The notes beneath the pieces were generated by a model. It did not search any database. It had not been told where the DNA came from and worked only from the letters and a program-made list of their open reading frames with translations. DNA of 64,000 nucleotides from Ophelia neglecta (lineage: Eukaryota), in contig OZ260666.1 of the NCBI GenBank assembly GCA_965285935.1, positions 73,718,001-73,782,000 of the forward strand, in the 5' to 3' direction. This document shows positions 63,545 through 64,000 of the stretch, one piece after another; the first letter of the stretch is position 1; every line of letters begins with the position of its first letter. The position numbers and the translations under genes are program-made.

Positions 63545-63766
63545 GAGCAGGTTTCTGGAAGCAATATTAACTATTAATCGGATTTTAATCTGGAATGAAG
63601 TGTTAACTTGATAATCGGTGTTTCTGGGTGCTGGACATGGTATTAAATCTAACAGTTCTTGTCTTAAACTTACTCCTGGTCAATGAAAACTGATTACCCC
63701 GGTCTTAGCAAATCGGTAACAGGTTAATCTAATCGCAAACTTAATACCACTTCTGGAAACCTGGCC
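63545..63766 (-). mobile_element. MITE family A, full copy
   Basis: CAG|GAGCAGGTTTCTGGAAG...TTCTGGAAACCTGGCC; shared internal motifs CTCCTGGTCAATG and AATCGGTAACAGGTTAATCTAATC. Confidence 0.75.
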
Positions 63767-64000
63767 CGTCAAATCGAGTGTCTCGATCGCCCCAGTGTCA
63801 ACTATGCCTTCAATGGGCATTCGTTTTATGTTTAGTTACCTAATTGTCTAGACAATGAGTCAACAGCTTAAAAAGGGATTTGGGTGAATAAATGATTTAT
63901 TACAAAGATGTGACAATAGGTTTTGCTTGTGCAGGTGCACAGCCCTTTGAAGTTCCAAACAGGAAAAAACAACAGTTTGTAATGACCTACTTAACAAACA

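Overview
AT-rich eukaryotic genomic DNA from an animal, probably a marine invertebrate or lophotrochozoan (inferred from its repeat families and the receptor type). The main feature is a complete 8-exon gene on the minus strand (ATG at 57977, stop at 45546; 1947 nt, 648 aa, all introns GT-AG with consistent phases). It encodes a Cys-loop ligand-gated ion channel of the nicotinic acetylcholine receptor alpha type. Two things make it unusual: a ~200-residue pro-domain-like N-terminal extension, and loss of two conserved agonist-binding aromatics (loop A Tyr to Asn, loop D Trp to Ala) while loops B and C and a cation-type GEK filter are kept. The rest is intergenic or intronic DNA. It holds a 5'-truncated but uninterrupted CR1/L2-group LINE (~24696-26394), older LINE remnants, about nine copies of a ~230-bp Harbinger/PIF-like MITE, Tc1/pogo-like MITEs and two other dispersed repeat families. 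There are also minisatellites with 13-, 26-, 38- and 41-bp units; the 26-bp array has a 312-bp higher-order repeat. Two orphan first-exon candidates and a duplicated signal-peptide-like segment are noted at low confidence. No prokaryotic features, CRISPR arrays, rRNA or convincing tRNA genes were seen. All analysis was by eye, with no database searches.
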